DNA of 24,000 nt from Nitrososphaeria archaeon (lineage in GTDB: Archaea > Thermoproteota > Nitrososphaeria > JACIWG01), in the NCBI GenBank assembly GCA_963752255.1, contig CAVVXT010000006.1:13192-37191 (forward strand). The letters are read 5' to 3'. Below the pieces are notes generated by a model, which saw nothing but the letters and a program-made list of their open reading frames with translations, was not told the origin of the DNA and searched no databases. Shown piece after piece: positions 8,338-15,625 of this stretch. Position numbers and translations under genes: made by a program. Numbering within the stretch: position 1 is the first letter of the stretch; the number at the start of each line of letters is the position of its first letter.

Positions 8338-9333
8338 ATGAAGTACGTCAGATTAGGCCGGTCAGGATTGAAAGTATCTCCGATAGCGATTGGTTGCATG
8401 TCCTTTGGAAACGCAGAGCCATGGATGGTCGAATTAGAGGACGCAAGGAAGGTTGTACGCAAAGCGCTCGACCTGGGGGTCAACTTCTTCGACACGGCGA
8501 ACGTCTACTCCTTAGGCAGGTCTGAGGAGGTAACAGGAGAACTTCTCAAAGACGTCCGAGAAGATGTGATAATTGCTACAAAGGTCTACAGTGTGATGGG
8601 GGAGAAGCCGAACCAGAGGGGTCTCTCACGTAAGCACATAATGAAACAGGTGAGAGATTCTCTGAGGAGGCTTAAAACGGATTACATCGACCTCTACCAG
8701 ACACACAGGTGGGACTACGAGACACCGATAGAGGAGACGCTGTCGACTTTAAACGACCTTGTGAGAAGTGGAACAGTTAGGTACATTGGGGCATCGAGCA
8801 TGTGGGCGTGGCAGCTTTCAAAAGCGCTGTACACAAGCGAAATCAAAGGCTACGAGAAGTTCACGAGCATGCAGAACAAGTGGAACCTGCTATACAGGGA
8901 AGAGGAAAGGGAGATGATACCGCTGTGCAAGGACCAGAACATAGGGGTTATCCCGTACAACCCCGTCGCAGCCGGCCTGCTGTCCGGACGCTATACGAAA
9001 GGTGGAAGAATTGAGATCGGCAGGAACGATTTGATGAGGCTTCAGCCGGACTATAGACTTGCCGCGTTATATCGAAAACCTTACGTTGATCCTCCTGAAA
9101 ACTCTGAAATCGTCAGAAGGGTTGCGGAAGTAGCGCAGAATAGGGGAGTGAAGCCGGTTCAGATCGCATTGGCATGGTTGCACCAGAAGGGGGCCACAGC
9201 GCCTATCATAGGGACTTCGAAGCCCGAGCACGTGCAAGAAGCGTTCGAATCGATGGAGATCAGCCTCTCCGACAAAGACATCACCTACATAGAAGAACCA
9301 TACGTGCCAAAAAAGATCGTAGGGCACGCATGA
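8338..9333 (+). CDS. Aldo/keto reductase (paralogue A)
   Basis: MKYVRLGRSGLKVSPIAIGCMSFG, GVNFFDTANVYSLGRSEE, IDLYQTHRWD and RYIGASSMWAWQ are canonical AKR motifs. The ORF track extends it to TTG 8317, but ATG 8338 gives the family-typical MKY start. Confidence 0.9.
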   Translation: MKYVRLGRSGLKVSPIAIGCMSFGNAEPWMVELEDARKVVRKALDLGVNFFDTANVYSLGRSEEVTGELLKDVREDVIIATKVYSVMGEKPNQRGLSRKHIMKQVRDSLRRLKTDYIDLYQTHRWDYETPIEETLSTLNDLVRSGTVRYIGASSMWAWQLSKALYTSEIKGYEKFTSMQNKWNLLYREEEREMIPLCKDQNIGVIPYNPVAAGLLSGRYTKGGRIEIGRNDLMRLQPDYRLAALYRKPYVDPPENSEIVRRVAEVAQNRGVKPVQIALAWLHQKGATAPIIGTSKPEHVQEAFESMEISLSDKDITYIEEPYVPKKIVGHA

Positions 9334-9433
9334 TCAATCGTAGTTCTCAAGACACAACAAGGTCTATTACATTTCTGAGGTATACGAATCGAAGGTTTGT
9401 ATCAGAGAGGAAGCAATTGATCCAAGATTCTTG

Positions 9434-9613
9434 TTATGGTGGCGCTTTAGTTTCCTGCCTAGCTGCTTTTTTTCTTCTTGTACCCCCAGCTCTCCGTCTA
9501 CCGGTGCTTTTTGCTCGTACCTCACTGGCTATGTTCTCGTCTTTGGCTTCAGGTGCCTTAGCTATTTCATGAACATTTTCAGGCACCTTTGCAGGCTCTG
9601 ATTCTTTTCCCAT
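9434..9613 (-). CDS. Small basic hypothetical protein (59 aa, below the ORF-track cutoff) downstream of the aRF1-like gene
   Basis: The minus-strand ATG is at 9613 and the stop at 9434-9436. The translation is MGKESEPAKVPENVHEIAKAPEAKDENIASEVRAKSTGRRRAGGTRRKKAARQETKAPP. It is co-oriented with, and 76 nt downstream of, the aRF1-like stop. A weak AAGGT lies upstream. Confidence 0.3.
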   Translation of the reverse strand: MGKESEPAKVPENVHEIAKAPEAKDENIASEVRAKSTGRRRAGGTRRKKAARQETKAPP

Positions 9614-9689
9614 AATAGGCTCTACCTTAACGGTCGCTCGTGAACATGTTCCTACGGGAGCAGTGGATGGCTGCTACAAGCTACCTCTC

Positions 9690-10949
9690 TCAAGGGGTAG
9701 TAGTTGACCTAGGTTTGTATCTCAAGAGAGCGGCAAAGCCTCCCAAAGCTGTGAGCTTTGCTTTTTCTTCCGACTCTGGAGATATCACCTCAACCCTTGC
9801 GTCTGTCTGTGAAGCCACATCCTCTAAGACATCTATTATGTCCTTCTCCTCCACCTCGTATTCAACCGCGTTGCACTTCTCGCATGGGCTCGATATCATT
9901 TCCTGTACAGTTTGAACCTTCTTCTCCTTATCCACTATCTTCGCCCTTGATAGTTCGCATCTTTTGCACATTACAACAATTTCAATCATATCTGTACTAT
10001 CTGTCACTAGTGCAACTTCCACTTCACCGTTCTTAAGCGCGTTCAACACTGAATCTAGGCCGCTAATAGCCAAACCGTCTTGCTTGCCCATATCTGCCAG
10101 AAGGCGCTGCACAGTCCTCTTCTCCTCTGGCGCACACATATTCTTCAGTGCCTCAGATGATTTGTCAAGCACCTCTCTCACTCCTTCTCTGCCGGCGGAT
10201 TGCGTATCAACTCTGCCCAGAAGCATATTCTTTAGCTCATAATGAAGGTAATCACCCTTTAAGAAATCCTCTTTCGTTGGTCCCGGTCCTCCAACTATCA
10301 ACGCCGTAACTTTATGGTTCTCGAGAAATGCCTTTGTTGCATGCTCCGCAACCCTGTGGAAATAGTATGTGAGTTCCATGTCGCGTTCTCTCTCGTACCT
10401 CCTCTGGCTCTCCCCGCCCTTTCCAGACTTCCCTGGAATCCCCGACGTGATATTTTCGATTAATTCGAGGCTTTCACCATTTAGTATCCCAAAGCTAGCC
10501 TCCTTTGAATCCATGGCGATAAGCCCCACAACTCTTTGGTCTCTCAGCATTTCCCTTAGCGGCTCTAACTGGAAATGGTCGTCAACCTCGTAAAGATAGG
10601 CGGTAATCGGCTCTGGTGGGACGACCTCTTCGACGTTCAAAACTTCGCTTTCCGGATCGTTCGCGACGAAAGTTCCAGCAAATATCGCGAGCCCATTCTC
10701 TGGAATTTCCTTCTGCAGCTTTAGACGCTGGATTACATTCTTGAGGGCGTCTTGAAGGCGATCCCTAACGCTCTCAGATTTCATGACAGCAGAATCAGAC
10801 TCCTCCTTGAGGATTGCGACTATCTCATCTATTGATTTCTCCCGAGGTATGTAGAGCGAGATGAACTCCATTCCCCTTCCCTCTTTGTCTGATAGCCACG
10901 CTATGAGCTTCCTCAGTTTGTGCTGTTTCACAGAATTAGTGGTTGCCAT
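9690..10949 (-). CDS. aRF1/eRF1-fold protein with non-canonical motifs (GGE instead of GGQ), a probable aRF1 paralogue
   Basis: All three aRF1 domains are recognisable: GRGMEFISLYIP, PPEPITAYLYEVDDHFQLEPL, IPGKSGKGGESQRRYERERD, LIVGGPGPTKEDF, a CxxC...CxxC minidomain, and C-terminal LGGFAALLRY. ATG 10949 gives the family-typical N-terminal length. The open frame continues up to GTG 10997. Confidence 0.85.
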   Translation of the reverse strand: MATTNSVKQHKLRKLIAWLSDKEGRGMEFISLYIPREKSIDEIVAILKEESDSAVMKSESVRDRLQDALKNVIQRLKLQKEIPENGLAIFAGTFVANDPESEVLNVEEVVPPEPITAYLYEVDDHFQLEPLREMLRDQRVVGLIAMDSKEASFGILNGESLELIENITSGIPGKSGKGGESQRRYERERDMELTYYFHRVAEHATKAFLENHKVTALIVGGPGPTKEDFLKGDYLHYELKNMLLGRVDTQSAGREGVREVLDKSSEALKNMCAPEEKRTVQRLLADMGKQDGLAISGLDSVLNALKNGEVEVALVTDSTDMIEIVVMCKRCELSRAKIVDKEKKVQTVQEMISSPCEKCNAVEYEVEEKDIIDVLEDVASQTDARVEVISPESEEKAKLTALGGFAALLRYKPRSTTTP

Positions 10950-11278
10950 CTGGCATCCGTGAAAATGCATTACTTTTTCAGTAACCAAATTTGACACCCC
11001 AACATTCAGTTACGGTAGAGACTAATTTATTAGTTTCCCAGAATTAGAGCCAATTGGTTCCACTTTCAAAGTTTGGTTTCAGACTACTTATTGCGCGCAT
11101 GTGGAAAGATCCGTCACTTAAAATATGCGACATAGAAGATCTATCTATTACAGAGCACCAACGGACTAAAGGTATCTGCATTTAATTAGGGTCAGAAACG
11201 CAAAATGTTGTTTCTTAATCGTGAACTTGACAAAATACTTAAACGGAAGCGCGGGCGATTTCATTTGATCATCAATAT

Positions 11279-12084
11279 TTACAAAGGCAAAGCTCCTATG
11301 AAGTGACCGATCAAGAATCCGGCAAGACCTGCGGTCAGCCCGATTGCCGCCATCTGCAAGCCGATCCTCCATAGAGAGCCCACGGTGGTCTTCGCTTCGT
11401 AGACCCCGATGAAGAAGAGGGCGACGCCGCTTAAAATCACTGATGCTTCCGTTCCGGTGAGAATATTTGTTCCAACGAAAAGGTATGGTATCAGAGGTAT
11501 GAAAGACCCAAATACGGTGGAAGATCCGACAACTAAGGCACTGCGCCTCGCTTCAGACTTGTCAACAGGCGCAAGATCGAGTTCGTACACATCATGAATT
11601 CAAGCATCGCCTTTGGGTTCTTAGCTATACGTTCCGTCAAATCTTCAAGTTCTTTCCCTTCATAGCCCCAACCTCTGAAGATCTGCCTCACCTCTTCCAG
11701 TTCGATTTCGGGGACATCTTTCATCTCTTGACTTTCTCTATCCGCTTCCTTTAGATAGACTCGTCGCCTCGCCGCGGTGGAGGTGTAGGCGACAGCTCCC
11801 ATCGAAATGGACTCGGCTCCAAGAGCGGCCAGAGCTGCAACGAAGAAAATTCGGACATCGGTTGTTGCCGCAGTCAACCCCAGGAGAATACCCAGTACGT
11901 TTACCAGACCATCCTGACTCCCAAGGATAAAGTTGGAGAGGAGAGTGGGGCGCGAGTGTCTTTCACTCTTGACTTTGGCACGTACAGTCTTCGTTGGATT
12001 TGCGTTTCCTGCGTTCCTTTCAATGCTTTTCAGATATTCGTCAACTGAATTCAACCGTGTTTCCTCCAATAGTTTCTTGGCCAA
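11279..12084 (-). pseudogene. VIT1/CCC1 family iron/manganese transporter split by a frameshift
   Basis: The N-terminal ORF 11533-12084 (GSQDGLVNVLGILLG, ESISMGAVAY, KNPKAMLEFMM) and the C-terminal ORF 11279-11590 (YELDLAPVDKSEARRSALVVGSS...IPLIPYLF...) are contiguous parts of one VIT1 protein. The frame changes at about 11588-11591. Confidence 0.8.
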
Positions 12085-12470
12085 GAATTACTTAAGATTT
12101 GCTGAAATAGAGGTTACATCCACGTCCATTTTCATCACTTGATAGAATATAATGATGAGTTCAGGTCTTAAGACTTTAGCGCGCTGCATTTTAGAGGCAG
12201 TTTTTAGAATAATCCCAGGATGTGTATTAAGGCCCCGTTGATCAGGGAAACCATCCAAACAACGACCCAGCCACAAAGCCTCAGCCGTATCCTTACAACG
12301 AGAAGAACTACTATGTAAATGTATTCAACAACGTGTGGCAAGCTTAGATTTGGCGTTATGCTGGTCTATGGGACGATAGTTCTATTCTATCTGTTCAAAA
12401 AGATCTTCCAAGGAACTTTTCACTAATAACATAAGATACACAAAGAACGTTTATGAAATAACTTTGTGAA

Positions 12471-13629
12471 CTACCTATGAGTAAACTCGTAGGCTTCTTG
12501 CTTCACAGGAACAAACTTGCTTATCCGCCTGCGTTGGACAAGTAGAGGCAGTTCCTCCACACGGGCCTGTTCCAGACCCGCAGCCAGAATATTGCGTGCC
12601 GCATTCACGTCCCTGTCGAGGACGAGACTGCAGTTCGGGCACGAGTGCGTCCGTTCTTCCAGTCCTTTCGGAACCAGCTCTCCGCATCCAGAGCATTTCT
12701 GCGATGTCCCACTTGGGTTGACGAGTATCACTCGTCCACCACGCCTTTCTGCCTTGTAGGCAGTTAGTCGGCGTAGTTGACCCCAAGAGGCATCCATTAT
12801 TGCCGATGCCAGATTGTGGTTCTTCACCATGTTCGGAATCTTCAGGTCTTCGAAGACGATGGTCGAGTATTCAGATGCCAGATTAGCAGAGACTTTATGT
12901 GCGACATCAAGACGTTGGTTCCGCACCTTTCTCCAAGCCTTGGCGAGCAAGACCTTGGCCTTTTCTCTGTTGAGCCGAGCCTTTCTTCTTCCTTGACAGG
13001 CGCCTTTGAAGCGACGTGATTCTGAGTGACGGAGTTGTCGAGATGTCGTGGATTCTCGAAGACTCTGCCGTTACTCAGAGTCGCAAGATTCACTACCCCA
13101 AGGTCTACTCCGACTGGTTTGCCCTCTTCTGTGGCTCGAATCGGTTTGGAGATTCTGTTTCAGCCGAGATGCAGGCATACCACTGGTCGATATCCCTGAT
13201 GATGGTGCAAGTCTTCGGCGTTCCTTCAATCGGCTCGGTGCATTTTCGCTTTGACCAGACCTATCTTTGAAAGCCGGAGTCTGTCTCGCCAACAATTTTA
13301 AACCCACCGAGTTGAGGATACTTGAACGAGTTGTATCTGTCTTTCCGTTTGAACTTGGGGTATCTTGAAAGCCCGCGTAGAACGCCCCATATGCTTTGTC
13401 CAATCTGAAGCACGACGTCTTGCAAGACCTGGGAGTGAACTCCCATCAAGAACTTGTTACCACGGCGGAACGCAGTGAGGGCCCTCTTCTGTTCGAACGC
13501 CTTGGCACTTGGTATCGAATCCTATCATCCAGCAAGGTCGTTGTAGAGGAGCCTGCAAGTCTCAAGAGTCTCTATCATCAATCTGTTCTGAGTCTTGGTT
13601 GGATAGAGCCTGAACTTGTAGGTAATCAA
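12471..13629 (-). pseudogene. tnpB: tnpB (IS605 OrfB / RuvC-like RNA-guided nuclease family), inactivated
   Basis: Homologous pieces lie in three frames:
- ITYKFRLYPTKTQ...LYNDLAG, then TGA TAG (13522-13527)
- HSQVLQDV...YPKFKRKDRYNSF
- LRLSKIGLVKAKMHR
- PIEGTPKTCTIIRDIDQWYA
- VGVDLGVVNLATLSNGRVFENPRHL
- RRKARLNREKAKVLLAKAW...IVFEDL...CSGCG...CPNCS...DRDVNAARNI. Confidence 0.85.
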
Positions 13630-14024
13630 ATCCCTTTCTGCCCCGCAATATATCTCTGGATGGTTTCTGAAGACACGTGCCCATACGTGGAGACAAAGTA
13701 ACTTCTTGACCAAAGTGTCGGTAGTCTTGACCGAAGATGTGGGAACTCTCTTCGTAACTCGTGGGAAGTGAATCCCTTCAAAGCAGCCACTATTCTGTTC
13801 GGGGTGGCAGTAGGTTTGGCTTTGACGAAGATGTGGACGTGGTCTGACATCGTCTCCAAAGAGATTATTTCGCAGTCTATTGATTTGGACTTCTGTTCGA
13901 GTAACGCACGAAGTCTGGTTTCCACTCCGCCAACCAGCACTGGCCTGCGATATTTCGTACACCACACGAAGTGGTAGTTCATGAAATGAACTGAAGTCTG
14001 CGAAGCGTCGTATCCCTTTGGCAT
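13626..14024 (-). CDS. tnpA: IS200/IS605 family Y1 (HUH) transposase TnpA
   Basis: At 132 aa the ORF is intact. It has NYHFVWCTKYRRPVL, the HUH motif in SDHVHIFV, and the catalytic-Tyr region SETIQRYIAGQ. Confidence 0.9.
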   Translation of the reverse strand: MPKGYDASQTSVHFMNYHFVWCTKYRRPVLVGGVETRLRALLEQKSKSIDCEIISLETMSDHVHIFVKAKPTATPNRIVAALKGFTSHELRREFPHLRSRLPTLWSRSYFVSTYGHVSSETIQRYIAGQKGI

Positions 14025-14082
14025 ATTATATGTATGCTATTCACATACTACTAGTAATATAAGCATTACGGGCTCGCTTTCA

Positions 14083-14103
14083 TCCCACCCCTGAAGGGTG
14101 TGA
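14083..14103. repeat. Subterminal imperfect hairpin of the IS left end
   Basis: TCCCACCC-CTGAA-GGGTGTGA is an 8-bp stem with one mismatch. A related hairpin in the same flanking context occurs at 22790-22809. Confidence 0.6.
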
Positions 14104-14124
14104 GGTTTCTCGCTCGCAACGGCT

Positions 14125-14144
14125 AATTCTCAGGATTGAGAATT
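14125..14144. repeat. Perfect 8-bp inverted repeat at or just outside the IS left end
   Basis: The sequence is AATTCTCA-GGAT-TGAGAATT. Confidence 0.5.
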
Positions 14145-14273
14145 GTCCCCAATGCATAAATCGGCGTCTTTTGCTTATATCAGGTAAAGGAGGAGTTGAT
14201 CGTCAATGTCCCAATCGAATGTTAAAGAAAGACAACAACGAGCTCACGAACCAGAGTTAGCGCACGAACCCAG

Positions 14274-14483
14274 TTGGAGAGGGTTTTATCGCGTAAGCGT
14301 AATCTTACTAATGTTGGGTGGCTTGCGTTTGGCATCTTCCAGTTCCTGGCCGTGCCTGCCATCGCATTCTGGTTCATCTTCTTGGGTGTCCAGTTGTTTC
14401 ACCATGGTACCCGCCTCGTTACCGATGCTGTCAGTCGCTCCAACCCATCCAAATCTACCGCCATGCCTCCTATGTTCAACTAG
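14274..14483 (+). CDS. Small two-helix membrane protein (69 aa from TTG), possibly the frameshifted continuation of an ORF starting at ATG 14206
   Basis: VGWLAFGIFQFLAVPAIAFWFIFLGVQLF is clearly hydrophobic. The stop lies 13 nt before the next gene. The only good start signal (AAGGAGGAG at 14187-14195 plus ATG 14206) is in a different frame. Confidence 0.45.
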   Translation: MERVLSRKRNLTNVGWLAFGIFQFLAVPAIAFWFIFLGVQLFHHGTRLVTDAVSRSNPSKSTAMPPMFN

Positions 14484-14495
14484 GTGTGAACGTAG

Positions 14496-15197
14496 ATGAA
14501 GTCACGCGTGGCACTTGGAAAGACCAAGGCGATGGCACTCCTCACGATACTTCTCGTCGTAGCAGCGTTTGTTGCGGGGCTCTACCTAGATGTTGCGGGA
14601 TACTTAGAGACTCGGACCACACAGACCACTTCTCCGCTTCCGACGCCTGCGACGGTCAATGTCTTCGGGCTCGTATCCACCGTGGGTCAGGGAACCCACT
14701 TGGTTGCCTTGATGTTCACAAACGTCCACACCGGCGTGAATCTTACCGCCCCCGTCTCGAACGGGAAGTTCTCCATTGACCTCCCCAACAGAGCGGTCTA
14801 CGATGTCGTCGCGCGATGGGCGGGGAACTACTCGTGGCAGACAGGCGACGTTGACAGAGGAGACCTTACGGTCAACATGTCGGCAGGCTCGATGGGCGCC
14901 ATGTCGTACAACCTCCAGGTCGAGACCCCGCCCACCATCCTTGCAGTCCAGGGGACGATTCTGCAGTCGATTACTTCAGCGACCCCGGTCAAGGTCGTGT
15001 ACACGGCCTCAGATGGCGAAACATTCGAGGCCGCAGTGCAGAACACCACTTTCTCCATAAGACTTCCTAACATGATGGATTACCAAGTCAAGGTCTTCTG
15101 GCAGTACGCTGACGGCACGACAGACTATTACTTCGCCAACAACCAGACCGTCCGTGAGGGGGTCGGGGTGACCGGACTGGACCTTGTTATTGGGTAG
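14496..15197 (+). CDS. N-terminally membrane-anchored secreted protein with two beta-sandwich-like repeats
   Basis: A signal/anchor (MALLTILLVVAAFVAGLYL) is followed by a T/P linker and then two similar modules (VNVFGLVST...GKFSIDLPNRAVYDVVARW and ILAVQGTILQS...TTFSIRLPNMMDYQVKVFW). These resemble carboxypeptidase-regulatory / Ig-like folds. Confidence 0.65.
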   Translation: MKSRVALGKTKAMALLTILLVVAAFVAGLYLDVAGYLETRTTQTTSPLPTPATVNVFGLVSTVGQGTHLVALMFTNVHTGVNLTAPVSNGKFSIDLPNRAVYDVVARWAGNYSWQTGDVDRGDLTVNMSAGSMGAMSYNLQVETPPTILAVQGTILQSITSATPVKVVYTASDGETFEAAVQNTTFSIRLPNMMDYQVKVFWQYADGTTDYYFANNQTVREGVGVTGLDLVIG

Positions 15198-15390
15198 GTG
15201 TGCCACTGGTTGGAGAAGTCCGAGATCTATGAAGGTAATAATTCTAACTAGGCAGACGACCTTTCCAGGTGTTTGAAGGAAATAAAATTAGCTACTAAGG
15301 GCAAGGACATGGCTGGAAGGGAACCAAGTAATGGATTGATTGAAGTCTAATATTCTAGACAGATCAAGATAATTGGTCTAGGAAAGAAGA

Positions 15391-15400
15391 TTTAAATAAA
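15391..15400 (+). promoter_or_regulatory. TATA-like box upstream of the 15422 gene
   Basis: TTTAAATAAA ends about 21 nt before ATG 15422, which is consistent with a leaderless transcript. Confidence 0.3.
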
Positions 15401-15421
15401 ATCGAGCTCTGATTATTTATT

Positions 15422-15625
15422 ATGGTAAAACTTGACAGACGATTGGTTAATTCACGAACCGCAATACTATGGGTCATGACTGCTCTTGCTGTGGGTAGTC
15501 TTGGGGCATCATTAAGCGACATAATTAGACAAAACTCTTGGTTTATAATTTATTTGGGCTTGATATATTGTTGGCTTTTCTTGCTTACAGGGATCTCTAC
15601 GGTGCATCTAAACGAAAAGAAGTGA
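15422..15625 (+). CDS. Small membrane protein (67 aa, two predicted helices)
   Basis: The ORF has an ATG start. The hydrophobic segments are AILWVMTALAVGSLGASL and WFIIYLGLIYCWLFLLTGI. Confidence 0.5.
   Translation: MVKLDRRLVNSRTAILWVMTALAVGSLGASLSDIIRQNSWFIIYLGLIYCWLFLLTGISTVHLNEKK

Larger units (their letters stand above)
8123..9369. repeat. Copy A of a ~1.2 kb segmental duplication (AKR gene, ~215 bp of upstream sequence and 36 bp downstream)
   Basis: It is alignable by eye with 19595-20815. The shared parts are a 40-nt upstream motif, the proximal leader, the whole 1017-nt ORF and an identical 36-nt 3' flank. Confidence 0.85.
12350..14144 (-). mobile_element. IS200/IS605-family insertion sequence (tnpA intact, tnpB decayed); the right-end boundary is not resolved
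   Basis: tnpA and tnpB overlap in TTGA at 13626-13629. Subterminal hairpins lie upstream of tnpA at 14083-14103 and 14125-14144. I could not identify the right-end hairpin downstream of tnpB, so 12350 is a guess. Confidence 0.7.

Noticed and set aside
8259-8525. A possible upstream or overlapping ORF (MILNCIIEKVQQ...) starting in the AKR-A leader.
   Set aside because: The ATG is not conserved in copy B (TTAAGACTCTC). The ORF also runs out of frame through the AKR coding region.
9174-9572. An alternative-frame ORF overlapping the 3' end of AKR copy A. Its counterpart is 20620-20841 in copy B, and the peptide sequence looks conserved (..PEGGHSAYHRDFEARARA..).
   Set aside because: The conservation simply follows the nucleotide identity of the duplicated AKR 3' end. 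The composition is R/H-rich junk, and the two ORFs diverge as soon as the duplication ends.
9640-10593. Plus-strand ORFs (9640-9915, 9758-10036, 9964-10242, 10369-10593) antisense to the aRF1-like gene.
   Set aside because: They are S/P/L-rich mirror translations of a clearly homologous minus-strand gene.
12085-12470. I searched here for the IS right-end hairpin / omega-RNA. I also looked at a C/D-box-like ATGATGA at about 12154, and at ORF 12088-12276.
   Set aside because: I found no hairpin resembling the left end and no matching D box (CTGA) at a suitable distance. The ORF has no protein-like features. The right end remains undefined rather than called.
12517-13701. Plus-strand ORFs antisense to the tnpB fragments, plus the extra minus-strand ORFs 12475-12786 and 13071-13403.
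   Set aside because: All are explained by the frameshifted tnpB pseudogene or are its mirror or alternative frames. None has independent protein-like features.
14318-15206. Several long overlapping ORFs in other frames or on the other strand (14318-14779, 14776-15060, 14828-15073, 15009-15206, and the 97-aa frame from 14206).
   Set aside because: They lie in a G+C-rich stretch where stop codons are rare. Their translations are R/S/P/C-rich low-complexity sequence. They overlap the much more protein-like 14496-15197 product.
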